Shown: positions 51,642-64,000 of the stretch, in pieces | How the letters are laid out: each line of letters opens with the position of its first letter | Position numbering within the stretch: the first letter of the stretch is position 1 | Source: Lingula anatina | Lineage: Eukaryota > Animalia > Brachiopoda | DNA: 64,000 nt | Direction of reading: 5' to 3' | Assembly: GCA_051362555.1 (NCBI GenBank) | Contig: CM120642.1 | Location: forward strand, 29,016,001-29,080,000 | The notes under the pieces: generated by a model | What the model saw: the letters and a program-made list of their open reading frames with translations, nothing else | The model's database searches: none | Told to the model about the DNA's origin: nothing | Translations under genes and position numbers: made by a program

Positions 51642-53347
51642 TTATGTTTCGTATTGCCAAATCTGATCTCTTGAATGAGTGGTTAGAGAGTCAGTAAATT
51701 CAAAACAAAATTAGTCAAGACTATATTTCACATTAGATCTACTTGGTATATGTTTTTTTTTTTTTTTTTTTTACTACCGTAAGTTTTAAAAATAATTATA
51801 GGTTGTCTCAAAATATAACATATTTAGAAGATACACACTTACGCATTGTTACGTACTAAATAAGATTATTTCCTTGAGATTGCAAGTTGGGTGCATAACA
51901 GCACGCAATTTGTTTTCGATTGTGACAGTCTCATCTGTTGCAATATACTGTATGTTTTAGCGGAGTCATGTAGTGGATTCCTGAATAAATGAAGTCTTTG
52001 ATCATTAAGCCATAGTACTCTGATAGAAAAGCCATATGTTGCTCTTGTTGGTGTGCTGAGGAAGTTATTAGACAATGTGTAAGAGGTAGGCCTATTCGAC
52101 ATTTTGACTTAAGGGTTTTCCAACTTTCATGATATTTGGCAATTACTTTATGCATGCAGCTTATTACTCAGTACACAGCTTGATCGAACCTTTTTATGTT
52201 TATTTTGGTGCAATGCTAATACGAATATATGAAAAGTTTGTCATAATTTTGTCTTAGGGTCGCTGCTTTTGGCTTTGGCATATACACTGCCATTAAAGAT
52301 AACTTTATAGATTATTACACAATACTCCACAAATCAGAATCGTAACCCAGTGTATACCTATTTTGCTCATAGTTAACAATCAATATTATAAAAAAAACCA
52401 AGATTCTGACGATTTTTTTTTCATAAGTGCATACTTCTATTTTCCGATTTTGAATCTTTTACTTGAATGTGCCTGTTTGTGTTTGTTATACTGGCGTTCT
52501 GGAAATTACTCATATTTAATACTTTTTTCCCTTTAAAGTTTGCAATGTCAGTTTTATAGTCTTAATTAATAAACATATTAACCATCACGTAAATTCGCCC
52601 TTTCCATTTATTCACAAACGCGTTTTTTTTTCGGATCATGTTATTTATTTCAAAATAACTACTTATTTGTTTTACACATTTTATTTTTTATCTCGAACTC
52701 TTATGTCTGCTACATATGGCGTCGTTATTATGTCGATGATCAATTCAAAAGCCCAAGGTTTTGACAAAAGCAATAGGCCCATTTAAATTATTTAAACGGC
52801 TTTAAGCACGAGAGATTTCTGTTTTTCCCGAATCATATGACAACTCTTCCGGATGTCACGTCCTTGTATTGGTATTGGTAGTAATACAAATTATCTATCA
52901 CTGAGAGTATTGGGTATATTTAGGATGAATAGGACAATAAAACACCAAGTGAATGATGTCGATCGGCTTTTGCCTTTGGGAGCAAGCACATTCTACAGGT
53001 AGTATATCACAGATGAAGAAACAAAAGAAGTCATTATAAATTCATCACTCCATGTGTATGAGGAGCAATGGGAAATCGTCATATGTGAAATGTAACCTTA
53101 ACAACTGTGCATACAGTATGCCATTATTGAGCATCTGATTAATTTACCTCTCTGTTTGATAGGATGAGATAGATGAAACATTCAGTTTGATTTACGATCT
53201 CAAATCCATCTGCTGATCTTTTGCCCTTCAACTGTTTACCTGAGGCCTGCAGTGTAAATCTTTGACATCTTCTCAGCGTTGGTTCTAACGCGTAACTGCC
53301 CATTGGTTAATAGACAATTAAGGATATCCTGAATAATACGGTATAAG

Positions 53348-55239
53348 ATGACGGGACATAGAAATCAAATTCTTGATCATCAAAATCCGAGGCTGCTGGA
53401 AGAGGAAAAGAAGGCTACAGTCACGATCAATGTCTCCGGACAGAAATTCACCACGTTTTGGACAACGCTTGCCAAACGGCCTGAATCCAGATTGGGGAAA
53501 TTAGCTGAGGACAGGGGTTGCATTCAGGAAAGGGCAGATAAGCTTTTCTTTGATCGCGATCCAGCTTATTTCGGCCCAATTTTGAACTTCTACAGAACAG
53601 AACTATTACACTTTCCCCATTTTCTGTGCGTGCCTATAATTCGTCTGGAACTTCAATTCTGGGAAATTGGAGAAGAAAACTTGGCGCCTTGCTGCAAAGA
53701 AATTGTGCAGGGTTTTTACAAAGAGCAAAAAGAAAAGAAATTATTGGAGAAAGAGTTCAGTCAATTTTCACCGGTCATTTATAACCATAAAGAAGGGACG
53801 TGTGATTCATACAGGTATCGACTATGGGTGTTCCTAAATATTCCGTCATCATCACGTGGAGCTAAGGTAAATATGGTGATAGACATTTTACATTTAGGCC
53901 TCACTCAGAATAAGGGACTAGCTTGTCAAATATGGCCGACCCACTTGAATACTTCCCCATGGAATATCTATTCAATGTCTATTAGCGGGATTATTGGGTC
54001 GCCATATTTGACCATCGGACTAGTTAGTCCCCTATTCTGAATGGGGCCTTACACTAAAGATGGCACATCAAAGATAATATATTAATAACCTCATAAAAAG
54101 TAGGTAGGTCGTGTTAATGTCTAAAGATGTGCACCCAATTGCTATGTCCAGAACCATATTATTATTTTTGAAAGACTACGTGTTTCATACATTTGTATAG
54201 AAATTGTAAACCTTTTTTGCATTTGTCCAATACATTTTTATTATCGTTTTCAGGCGTGACTTTATTGAAATAAATAAGTTACAGTATATCGATCGTAGTA
54301 TACATGAGAAACGTCTCCAAGCGACAAACCTCCAAATAGCAATTTATCATTTTATAGCATATTGTGGCATTAATTCTTTATCCATTTTCTCTTTAGGCTT
54401 GGATGGTCACGTACATAGTGCTGTTGTGGATATCATTTTCACTACTGGCAGTGAAGAGCATCCCAGAATTTCGATCTTCAAGTGCAGTAAATGCGTCGGC
54501 ATTTCCAAACAATTTCAACGAAAAACAAATAATGCTTCTGACGACCGAGAAGAACCCGATTGTGAAGGCGTGTGAGGTTACTTTAAATGCTTTCTTTACC
54601 TTAGAAATTTTACTACAATTATTTACAACGCCAAATTTGTGCAAAAGATTGAAACACTTTCTGTTAGTAATAGACGTTTCTTGGCTAATTGTTACGTGGA
54701 CTGCGGACATTGCCCTAACAACAAAGAGTTATGTAGTTGAAAGAATCGTTGCGGAACAAAGAGAAAATGCTGCTTATATCAGTTTGAAAGTTCTGATGAA
54801 CCTATATATGATACTGTGTGTGCTTCGTCTCCTGCGCATGGTACTCTATTGTCGGAACCTTCAAGTGATACTTTTAACCCTCAAAGCAAGCAGCAGAGAA
54901 ATCGGATACCTTGTTTCATTTCTTCTGATGGGGGCGATGATATTTGGACCTCTTATTTTTTATGCAGAAGTAAACGGTTCCGTCTCGAACATTGACAACG
55001 TACTTGTTGGGTGTTGGTGGGCCTTGGTTACCATGACAACCGTTGGCTATGGCGACAAGTATCCATCTGCTGCTGGCGGGTACATAGTTGGTGTTATATG
55101 CGTGGTTTCGGGAATGGTTTTCACGGGCATTCCTATATCCATTATCAGCAACAATTTCAACAAATATCAGGCATTTGCCGAGTCATTGAAAGAGATCAAA
55201 AATGGAGATGAAGACAAAGAGACGAAATCTTCAACTTGA
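53348..55239 (+). CDS. Voltage-gated K+ channel subunit, Shaw/Kv3-like and divergent (copy B); exons 53348-53866, 54397-55239; 453 aa
   Basis: Tandem paralogue of copy A (start codons 3652 bp apart), same intron position, intact frame and TVGYGD filter; upstream sequence also alignable. Confidence 0.92.
53897..54048. mobile_element. PIF/Harbinger-type MITE in the intron of Kv copy B
   Basis: TIRs ggcctcactcagaataagggacta and tagtcccctattctgaatggggcc; TTA duplication at 53894-53896 and 54049-54051. Confidence 0.8.
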
Positions 55240-58200
55240 TTATGTTTTGTGTTATGACAAATCTGGTCACTTGAACTCGTGGTATAGAGCCAGCCAATTA
55301 ATTCAATTTAAAATTAATTTTGGTCATACCTCTCTCTAGCTGGAATATACATGTACATGCAATATGGAATGTTTTAACTATTTCTTTTCCATATAATAAC
55401 GCTTTTTTTAATATGTCAGAGACTGTCTCAGAATAGCTGTAGGAGACATTTGTACTCGTTGTTACATACCAGATGACATTGATCTTATTGGTATTTTTAG
55501 CCAGCGAAAAAAGCAGCATGTTCATAATCATAACTTCCCTTGAGGCAATTCGTTCAAATAAGTATATTTTGAAATTAAACCAAGAAATTAGGCTAAAAAT
55601 AAGTTTTTGGTAGATTATCTATTTTTGCACTTCTGTAACCTCTCTCTAGCTCAATTTCATTGACTTATGAGACCAAGCAAATAAAATTGTAGCATTTCAG
55701 AAAAGTAATATACAATAATACCTTACTTACTTACTTTTAAGTAAATAGATTAATTAAAATTCATCTGGGAAACCGTCCGCAAATTTTGTATTTAATTGTC
55801 AATTTGTTGCCAGGTCATCTTATCAATCGGACGTTTTTTTCTTAACTTATTGTTTTATATTAGTGTCAAAATGTGATTTTAATTATGTAACATAAAAATA
55901 CATTGCTTCGTCTTTTTGTAGGTAGCTGCAATTTTCACATATTCTAAAAGTATTTCTCTTCTGGTGGTAAATACATTAATATTTCTCAATAATGCAATAT
56001 TCAATGGTGACACCAACTCAATAAATGAACTATGTAATCTCATTCTGGGCCACTTCGGCGCTTGCGTACTTCTATGATATTTTTAAACTGAAGAAATTTC
56101 AACGCCAATAGGGGTTTATTCTGAAACGATTTTTTAATTCCACGGAGTGCACTATGTAGGCTCAATATATTATACATTTTATTCATTTAATAGCTTCCTC
56201 GTTTAAAATTGTAACATTTTGATGACTGATCATTTATTGTGAACGCTATGTACTTTTCAGAGGGAAAATTCGACATCGGGTTCTTTAATTCGAGGGAAGC
56301 AAACTCTCACTACAATGGGACACCGTCTGTCACGTTACACTGGTAGGCCTGATAGTTACACTCTGCAGTTATTGATTTGCACATATTTGTTCTCACTGTC
56401 CTCGTTATTGCCAGACTGCTCACAAAAAAGCACTCTAGTACAGAGACACGCTTCCGACCTCAAAAAGCATTGTCATCAGCGGCTGCAGATCAGTCTTTGT
56501 TCATGATAAACAGGGGGAAAGGCTAGAGTTGAATGCAGGCGTCTCGGTTAATGTTTTTACTCTATTACACGTTAGAAATCGATCGTTTAAGAATGAGCTT
56601 TATATTTAATGCAATACACATATACGCCAATTTTTTTCAAAATATTTGTCATGTTAATTTCGCTTCTTTGTTCCCAAATTGGTTATCGCAACATAATCTA
56701 AGCAGCATAAATTCTGCTTGCTGAATAATTAGTTTAAATTTGATAAATTTGCTGCAAATTACATTTTGCTAAAGGCTGTCAAGATGTGAACAACGGCCAT
56801 CTGTATGCATACAGCAAAACAACCATATATCAACGGTATACAAACACCACAAATGGCTTTTTAGGATCTTTTACATGTACATCTATTGATTTTTAACAAT
56901 TCATACAACGTTGGCAATATGGGAGTTCAATTTTGACTCTTTGAAAATCTCCAGGCTAAAAAAATTACGAGTGCAAGGATTCACGGCCATGCATGGTAGG
57001 TAAAGTCTGAATGTATATAATTGTCTTTTACAACTCAGCAGGCCATTGTTTTTAAGAATATTGCAGAAACTGTATTCTTTTAAGAAATAAATTCTTAAAA
57101 TTAGAACATTTTATTGAGTAAAAGCAACACAATTGAACATCAGATTACCTAAAAGTTCTAATCTATACAGTAAAAGCAAAAGCAAATTACTTCCCAGTAA
57201 TATATTTTAAGTGATACCGCAATTATTTTTGTGAAAAATTGATAATTTTCCCGGATGAAATGATCGAACCATTACTGTACATTGCATTGTTGAATTGCTT
57301 AATAACAGATATAATCGCTGTGTAATTACTTGGTGAGCTTTTTGGGGAAATACAACTCGCCATATCTTTCTCTGTTTAAGCTTAGAGACTTGGGTAGCCT
57401 AAAATTTCACCTCGGTGCGCGTTTTATAAGAAGTCCCTGGTTGGCGTCACCGATTTCAGAATTCTGTATTTTTCATTATTTTTTTGTTTGTTGAAACCCC
57501 TCTTATAAAAAAAAATTCAAGTTATCCAAGCTTTATTTGAAGACTAAAATGAATGTAAGCGCTTCCATTGTTTAGGTGTATTGAACATGAATCCACATAA
57601 TAAATCTTCAAGGTCCCTGATGCAAGATCCTTTTGTATTGCTTTAATTAAATTGATTGAAAAGAAATTATAAAATCCAATAAATTGTTGCTCTTGTATAT
57701 TGCAATTTATTGGCAATGTAAATGATTAACAAAAGATAAGACTTTAAACATTTTTTGGGAAAAAAACTTAACAAAGAACTTCAAAATCCAACAAAGTCTA
57801 ACACAAACAGCCAAGGAGTCCCAATGCACACAAATAATGACGCTTCTTTTCGCAAATACATAATGAATTGGCACTGCATTAATATGACAGTTTTCCATGG
57901 GGGCATATTTCAACAAACTTGTAATCATTCCTGTCCCTGAGGAGTCTAATAACTCCTTACTTACACCTTCTTACAGAAGACGGAAAAAGAGATACAAACT
58001 TTGTGACCTTATGCTAAACAGTGAAGGTCAGTTTACAAATTGATACATGCTACGCCCATCCAGATTTGGGTTTCGTAGGCATCACAATGTACCGAAATCG
58101 ACACCAGATCCCCACACAAACAAGTATATTTGAATACATGCAAGATGAACCTGAACCTGGTCAATGTAACCATTTGACAAAATGTCACAAAAACCCATTG

Positions 58201-58520
58201 CAGTCAAAATGGACATTAAAACTTCCACACAAAAGAGCTTCCAAAAAAATTCAGCAATTATTTCAGTATGCTAAAGATTTTGTCACTGTTCATGAACCAC
58301 TTCCTGCAGGCATCTGAGAAACCCCGCCTTCAGTCAAAAGACGATTTAAGATGTCTTCATAAATGGCTTGCTATTTATACACATTACATACGAATTTAAT
58401 CATTTCCATTACTCTGTGTCCATCTGGCGTCAAGTTCAGGACAATGTGATGCCTGCAATAGCATAATAACAATCATATGGAAATATTTGAAAATAACCAT
58501 TTTTTTATTCTTGCATATGA

Positions 58521-61500
58521 TTATTCCCTCTTTTTGGATTTTTCTATGCAAATATCCTTCCACGTTAACCAATAAAACCGTAGCCATGAGTATGTTACTC
58601 CTAAAGCACAATATGCTGACGTGAGCATCAAAGGTATGAACGGAAGTCTTTCGTCCAATCGTAATAAAGAATGGCCTACACTGCAGTACAGTTGTACTGG
58701 AATGAGACCCAAAATATACAATGACTCTGGAATGGATAGTAAAGGTAGACAAAGTCCTCTTCTTGGTAACCTTGATAAAGAAAGAATAACATACTGTGAA
58801 ACAATTGTAATAAATTTTTTCTTCTACATGTAAACCTCTACAGATTGACAAATTCCTTAAAGTCAATGTACAAATTTGCAGTTTCTGTCATAATTAAGAT
58901 TTAAATCTGAAAGCATTTAAATGTTATAAATTCAAAACTGAAATGAAAAGCATTATTAAGTTTTTCCATTCCATATGACAAAATATAAAGCAAAAAACAA
59001 CTGCAGTCTACTATTATTATTATATAAGTGCCTAAACAAAAAAAAAACTTACCCAAATATTTCTCCTAAGCTTGTGAATGCAAATATTGTATAGACCAAC
59101 ATTAAAATAATCTTAATCGGTGTTTCTGAAAAAGTATACATAAAGAAAAAAAGGATTGTATTGTAACTGAACTCAATAGGGCATCATAGACACATATCTT
59201 GTACATCCAAACACATAATTATATAAGCAATATATCTGCACAAATACATGTACTTATTTGCACTGCTATAGTTTAATTAATTAAATTTAGCATTACATAC
59301 TACTATCTTATATAAGTTATTATTGTATTTATATCTATAACGTACAATGTCACCAGCTCTGTTGCATAAAGTACAATAAATGTAATCTTTATTTATAAAT
59401 TTTAAAACAAAAGGTAATTAAGTCCATGTACCCAATTAATCTCACTTTTAATTTGGTATGCACATGTATGTCTTTTCAGCAGAATTCAAAAGGATCTGTA
59501 TAATCTTACATTATTATATAGTTTAAAGTTTTTTCACATCATCAGGAAACTGAGACAAAACAAACTAATGATAAAAATCAAAATTGATCATGCAAGGACA
59601 ACATATAATATTTAACTTACCTGCTATTGTAAACAGCAGTGGAAAGAGAGAGAAATGGCCCGTGGTGGCCAGGAATAAAAATAGTTGTCCATCTCTCTTC
59701 TTTTCTAGAGCAAGGAGGCTGGAGAGAACAAAGCTATTTAATACTATGTGTAGTCAGTTGGTATTACAACGTAAAAAGTGTCAGTGTGTACATTTAAAGA
59801 AATCTAATCTCAAATCAGTTCTACTGATGTAAGGAGAGCAGAAATCAAGCTGGCAACCTTACAATTTACATATAGGTAAGTATGTGTGTATGAGTGCATT
59901 CGAATAGCGGACTAGCAGATCCACGGATGAAATATGGCCAACCCTCTTGAATGTTAGCTGTGTTATCCCCATGGGAATCTACTCAATGTCTAATCAGGAA
60001 TTAACTGGCAAGCATTTTAGTGGGTCCTCATATTTGATTCACATATCTGTTAGTCCACTGTTTTCAATGCACTCTGTGAGACTTTCAAATAACTTAAGCT
60101 GCTATGAGATCAGAATATGTAATCTACCTGTACAAATCTTTTCTCTCAAAATACAAATATGTGGTTTACATTTTAACAGCCTTCTCCCATGAAAAAAAGT
60201 TTAAGATGCTTACCTCATTGGTATTATAATTAGTAAAATGGCTTTTTCATGGACATGCCATCCAAACATGAAGGATCCGAACGCACAGAGTGTTAAACAG
60301 CGTACAAAACTCTTCGGTCCGTAACAGCCCCTCCACAAAAGGAACAGCGCAGGCTTAAATTTAAAGTAAATGCATTATTTCCAAACACACTTTAGAATAA
60401 TAATAATAATAATAATAAATATATTAGCATCAATTTGTTATGTTATGGAGGGGGGGTATATACTATAATAATAAAAACTAGTTAAGGTATAAGATACTGG
60501 AAAATTGAAGCTTCTAAATTTCAAGTTAATTTTCAATTGCTTCTCTTGGCATATAAAAGTGAAATCTACCTAGGAAAGCTGCAGGGAAGTATGTGCTCCA
60601 AATTCCCATTTCCCCAACCCCTAAAGTTACCTTCATATTTGTAGTTACTCACCACTATAGAAAGCCCTGTAGCCACCAGGGTTGCTATGGGTTTCACAGA
60701 TGGCAGCACTGCATGGTTGAACTCCTGTACCAGCCCCCCTGTCATCACTGCTGACTGACTGCTGTTTGTGGAGGGAAAGAGATTCAGTTTGGTCCCTATA
60801 AAAAGGAACATAAAATAATTAAAAAAATTATTTACAAACAGAATTATTATGATCATAAAAGTTATTATCTGAAATACATTTAAACAAGATTTTACAGTGA
60901 CTTGACCCAAAATCAAATGTAAACTGACCAAAAGAGAAAAAGCAATAATAATAACTGTAAGTGTCATCTACCTGAAAATACACTGATAAAATAACACTAA
61001 AAACTCCCCTCACTGACCTGTGATATGGGCAGCCTTGTCTACCACATTGTACAATGCCCAGAAGTTAGGTGCCCAGTAAGCATGGCAGAGACCACGCTTG
61101 AATGGAAACAGCCTGGAGATCACCTGAGGAAGCTGGCCCTGCATAGAAAAAGAACAACTGTACATGTAGCTTAGCAACATTTAACAGGTGGACTCAGAGA
61201 TATTTTCTGACAGTCTTTCAAATTATCTTTGTTGATTCATCCTCCGTGTTTTGACCATCTTCTGACAGAAAAAATAAGATGCATGTCAATGTGAATTTTA
61301 ACATCTTCTAGAAGACCCAGAAGACAGCTTCCATCCGCCCCTGTATAAGGTCCTTTTCAGATCTAGCAGTGCCGTTTTCTGTATCTTAGCAGCTTGAGAG
61401 ATTGATAACTTTTAATATTAAAATGTCCTGGCTATTAATATGACTACCTTAACAGAGTCTCAGTACTCAACATGTCCAGCTGACCAGATTAACTTTGATT

Positions 61501-63695
61501 GGTACATTGGGGCTTGTGTAAGGGGGTAAACCATCCCCCCGCCCCCACCCCCAATCTTATGACCAGTGAAACTGGAGAGTTACAGAAAACCGTACCACTA
61601 GATACAAAAAAAGGCATGGGTATATCGCTTAGCAATAACGGAACTCTTCACCTTTTTCAAAACCTCATTTGTTTCCATATTTTATTTGTATAAGTTTTTT
61701 TTTTTTTTTTTTTTGAGAAAAACATGCTTTCCATCTTTCATGAACTCAACGAACTTTTGAAAATTCTCGGTTTTAGGTGCTGTAAACAATTATATAAATA
61801 TACTTGGTTAATATCTAATCATGAAAACCCCCGGTTACTGTATAGACTATGATAAAAAGTCCATATTAGATGGCGAAGATCAGTAGTAAACTATTGTAAA
61901 AAAAAAAAAAGAACAAAGTACCTGACTACATTGTACATCTGTTTTTACAACAAATTTGGTTGGTACATTTCAAAAACACAAGCAGCACAACATTATCAAA
62001 AAATAATATACATGTTTCTGTTCAATTAACATTCATACCTATTAGTAAGAAACACCAAATAACTCAACAGATAAGAAACAGTAATGACCCTTTCATACTT
62101 CAGTCCTAAATACTATTAGCCTGTTATAATGAACAATGCACACGCCTGTCAATGATAGTAAAAACAATAAGGGCAACCAGGTACATAAAAGCAAAAAAAT
62201 ATATACATCTTGAAAGCCTGACTGTCTCACCCTCACATAAATCATACTATTTATGACACGTTTTATAACCAAAAATGATTGATGATAAGCATGCGAACCT
62301 GTCTGACATCAAGACCTGGTCAACCTTTAGTTTTTGCATCTTCCTTTTAACTTTTTATGAGCTATTTTTATTTGTCTGGCATCAAGACCTGGTCATCCTT
62401 TATTTTTTGCATCTTTCTTTTGACTTTTCATGAGAAAACAATGAGCACTCCTTTCAGGAAATAAAACCAACACTCTGTTCATCATCCATAATGCTTTTCA
62501 GTAAAATGAATTTTCAAAAACGTGCAAGTTACTATTAACTTGTTCCTTTAAATGTATTCTTGTTTATTATCCTCTACAGTTTAGAACTTGATGAAATAAT
62601 AACCTATTATAATTGTAGGGAGAATATAGTAGTGGTCAGTAGGGGTCAAGGCAAGTGTGGGACGCAGGCGTGGTCTATAGTATAGACTGAGGAAGGTCCA
62701 GACAGATGACCAACATGGTCAACAGAGTCATGGAGCTAGACGGAATGGGTGCATGAATTCTATGTGCTGTGTTTAATAAAGTGCTGATTATTGGAACATA
62801 AGGTATTTTTATTTGAATAAAAAAAAATGTATAATAATGTGCTGATTATTGAAACATAAAGCATGTTTATTGAGATAAAAAACTAACCATGTTTAATAAA
62901 ATGCTGATTATCGGAACATAAAGTATTTTTATTTAAATAAAGAACTAACCAAGATAAATATCTTCCCAAGACCAAAGCCAAAAAAAATTAACTTTCATCA
63001 AGGATCCACAGATACATTAAATGCCAAGAAAAAATACAGAGTACCTGAGGGTCTCCCAGAAACTGAGTCAGAAACTTTGCAACTGTTGACACTATATAGC
63101 CAGACAGAAGGGAAATGAAGAAAGTATCCTTAATGAGCATTTGTCAATGTACCAAAATAAACAGTATTTCAATGTCATGAGTGTGACACTTAAGGGAACT
63201 AGAAAATCTATTACTCAGAAGAGAATTTGATACAACAAATTAAATGAACAAGTAAGCGAACTAAGTGATGTAGGAAAAGCGCTAGTTGAAAAGAAGTGAA
63301 GAAAGTAGAAGAACCTGTAAGACATTAAACTTCTAAATTAACACTGTTTAATATTTCAATAAGTTCTTCTCCAAATAGATTAATCTTATTCCTCCACTTT
63401 TGAGACAAAAGCCAGTGATCATTTTATGTCATCAATATTTTTTTCACTTATCTTTTCTCTCTCTCTCTCTCTCTCATTTACTCACCCAAAATCAAACAAC
63501 TATTGTAAAGTCTATTTGCTATAAGTAAGGTGTCTCCACTATGTCAGTATGTCCAGCTTTAGATCCTTTCACAGCAATATAAGATACTCACCATGGCAAT
63601 GAACGGCCCAAAGGACATCCCACACACCATGACAACCACAGTACCCAGCTTGAACAGGCGCAGAGGAGAAAAAGAGGTCCATAAGATGCTGCCAT
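58521..63695 (-). CDS. ALG8: Dolichyl-pyrophosphate Glc1Man9GlcNAc2 alpha-1,3-glucosyltransferase, 3' part (5' exons lie beyond the window)
   Basis: Exons 63695-63592, 61138-61018, 60795-60653, 60353-60214, 59718-59621, 59125-59053, 58770-58521; phase-consistent. Motifs [72 protein letters not shown]. Confidence 0.95.
59892..60074. mobile_element. Harbinger-like MITE in an ALG8 intron
   Basis: TIRs gagtgcattcgaatagcggactagcagat and atctgttagtccactgttttcaatgcactc. Confidence 0.7.
61185..61343. mobile_element. Degenerate copy of the CAGGGGCGGAT MITE
   Basis: ctgacagtctttcaaattatctttgttgat...gaagacccagaagac...atccgcccctg matches 2375-2542. Confidence 0.7.
62768..62951. repeat. Three imperfect tandem copies of a roughly 60-bp AT-rich unit in an ALG8 intron
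   Basis: Recurrent tgctgattat(t/c)g(g/a)aacataa at about 62782, 62840 and 62902. Confidence 0.7.
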
Positions 63696-64000
63696 CTGAA
63701 AGAATGTTTCAGAAATATTAAAATACTAGATCTGTATTCACTCACTCAAAATAAACAATGCTGGTATGTGTATATAACATATAAAACATTAGATTTTCAA
63801 TGCACTGAATTCACTTGTTTACAATATTCCAAATTTTCTTTTACAAAGCTAAGGCAATAGTGGTATTTTCGTTTTCTACATTTAGTAAGTAAGTCTTTTT
63901 TTGCAGCACGTTCTATAAGGATGATTGTTTTTATATCCCTTGCTCCTAATTTTTATAGAAATAGATAGATAATATGGTTTTGTCATTGAGGTCACAATTA

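Overview
Eukaryotic, AT-rich, intron-containing animal DNA. Gene and repeat content suggest a marine invertebrate, probably a lophotrochozoan such as a mollusc (inference). Left to right: (1) 0.7-16.2 kb, five co-oriented minus-strand genes for secreted Gly/Tyr-rich low-complexity proteins (here GY1-GY5; shematrin/prisilkin-like composition), each with a TATA box and its own repeat motif; GY3 and GY4 are spliced and only partly visible in the ORF track. (2) 20.0-23.0 kb, a three-exon plus-strand gene only partly captured by the ORF track, encoding a 147-aa prepropeptide (signal peptide, dibasic sites, 8-Cys mature peptide). (3) 27.9-43.8 kb, a complete 15-coding-exon SLC5A (SGLT/SMIT-type) Na+/sugar cotransporter. 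(4) A 2.65-kb Helentron-type non-autonomous element with 146-bp tandem repeats just after its stop codon. (5) 49.7-55.2 kb, two tandem Shaw/Kv3-like K+ channel genes with charge-poor S4 and a PVP->PIS gate. (6) The last seven exons of ALG8 on the minus strand. Many MITEs (some nested), a 5'-truncated LINE and micro/minisatellites are interspersed. All exon models were assembled by eye from GT-AG sites and phase continuity; no database search was run.
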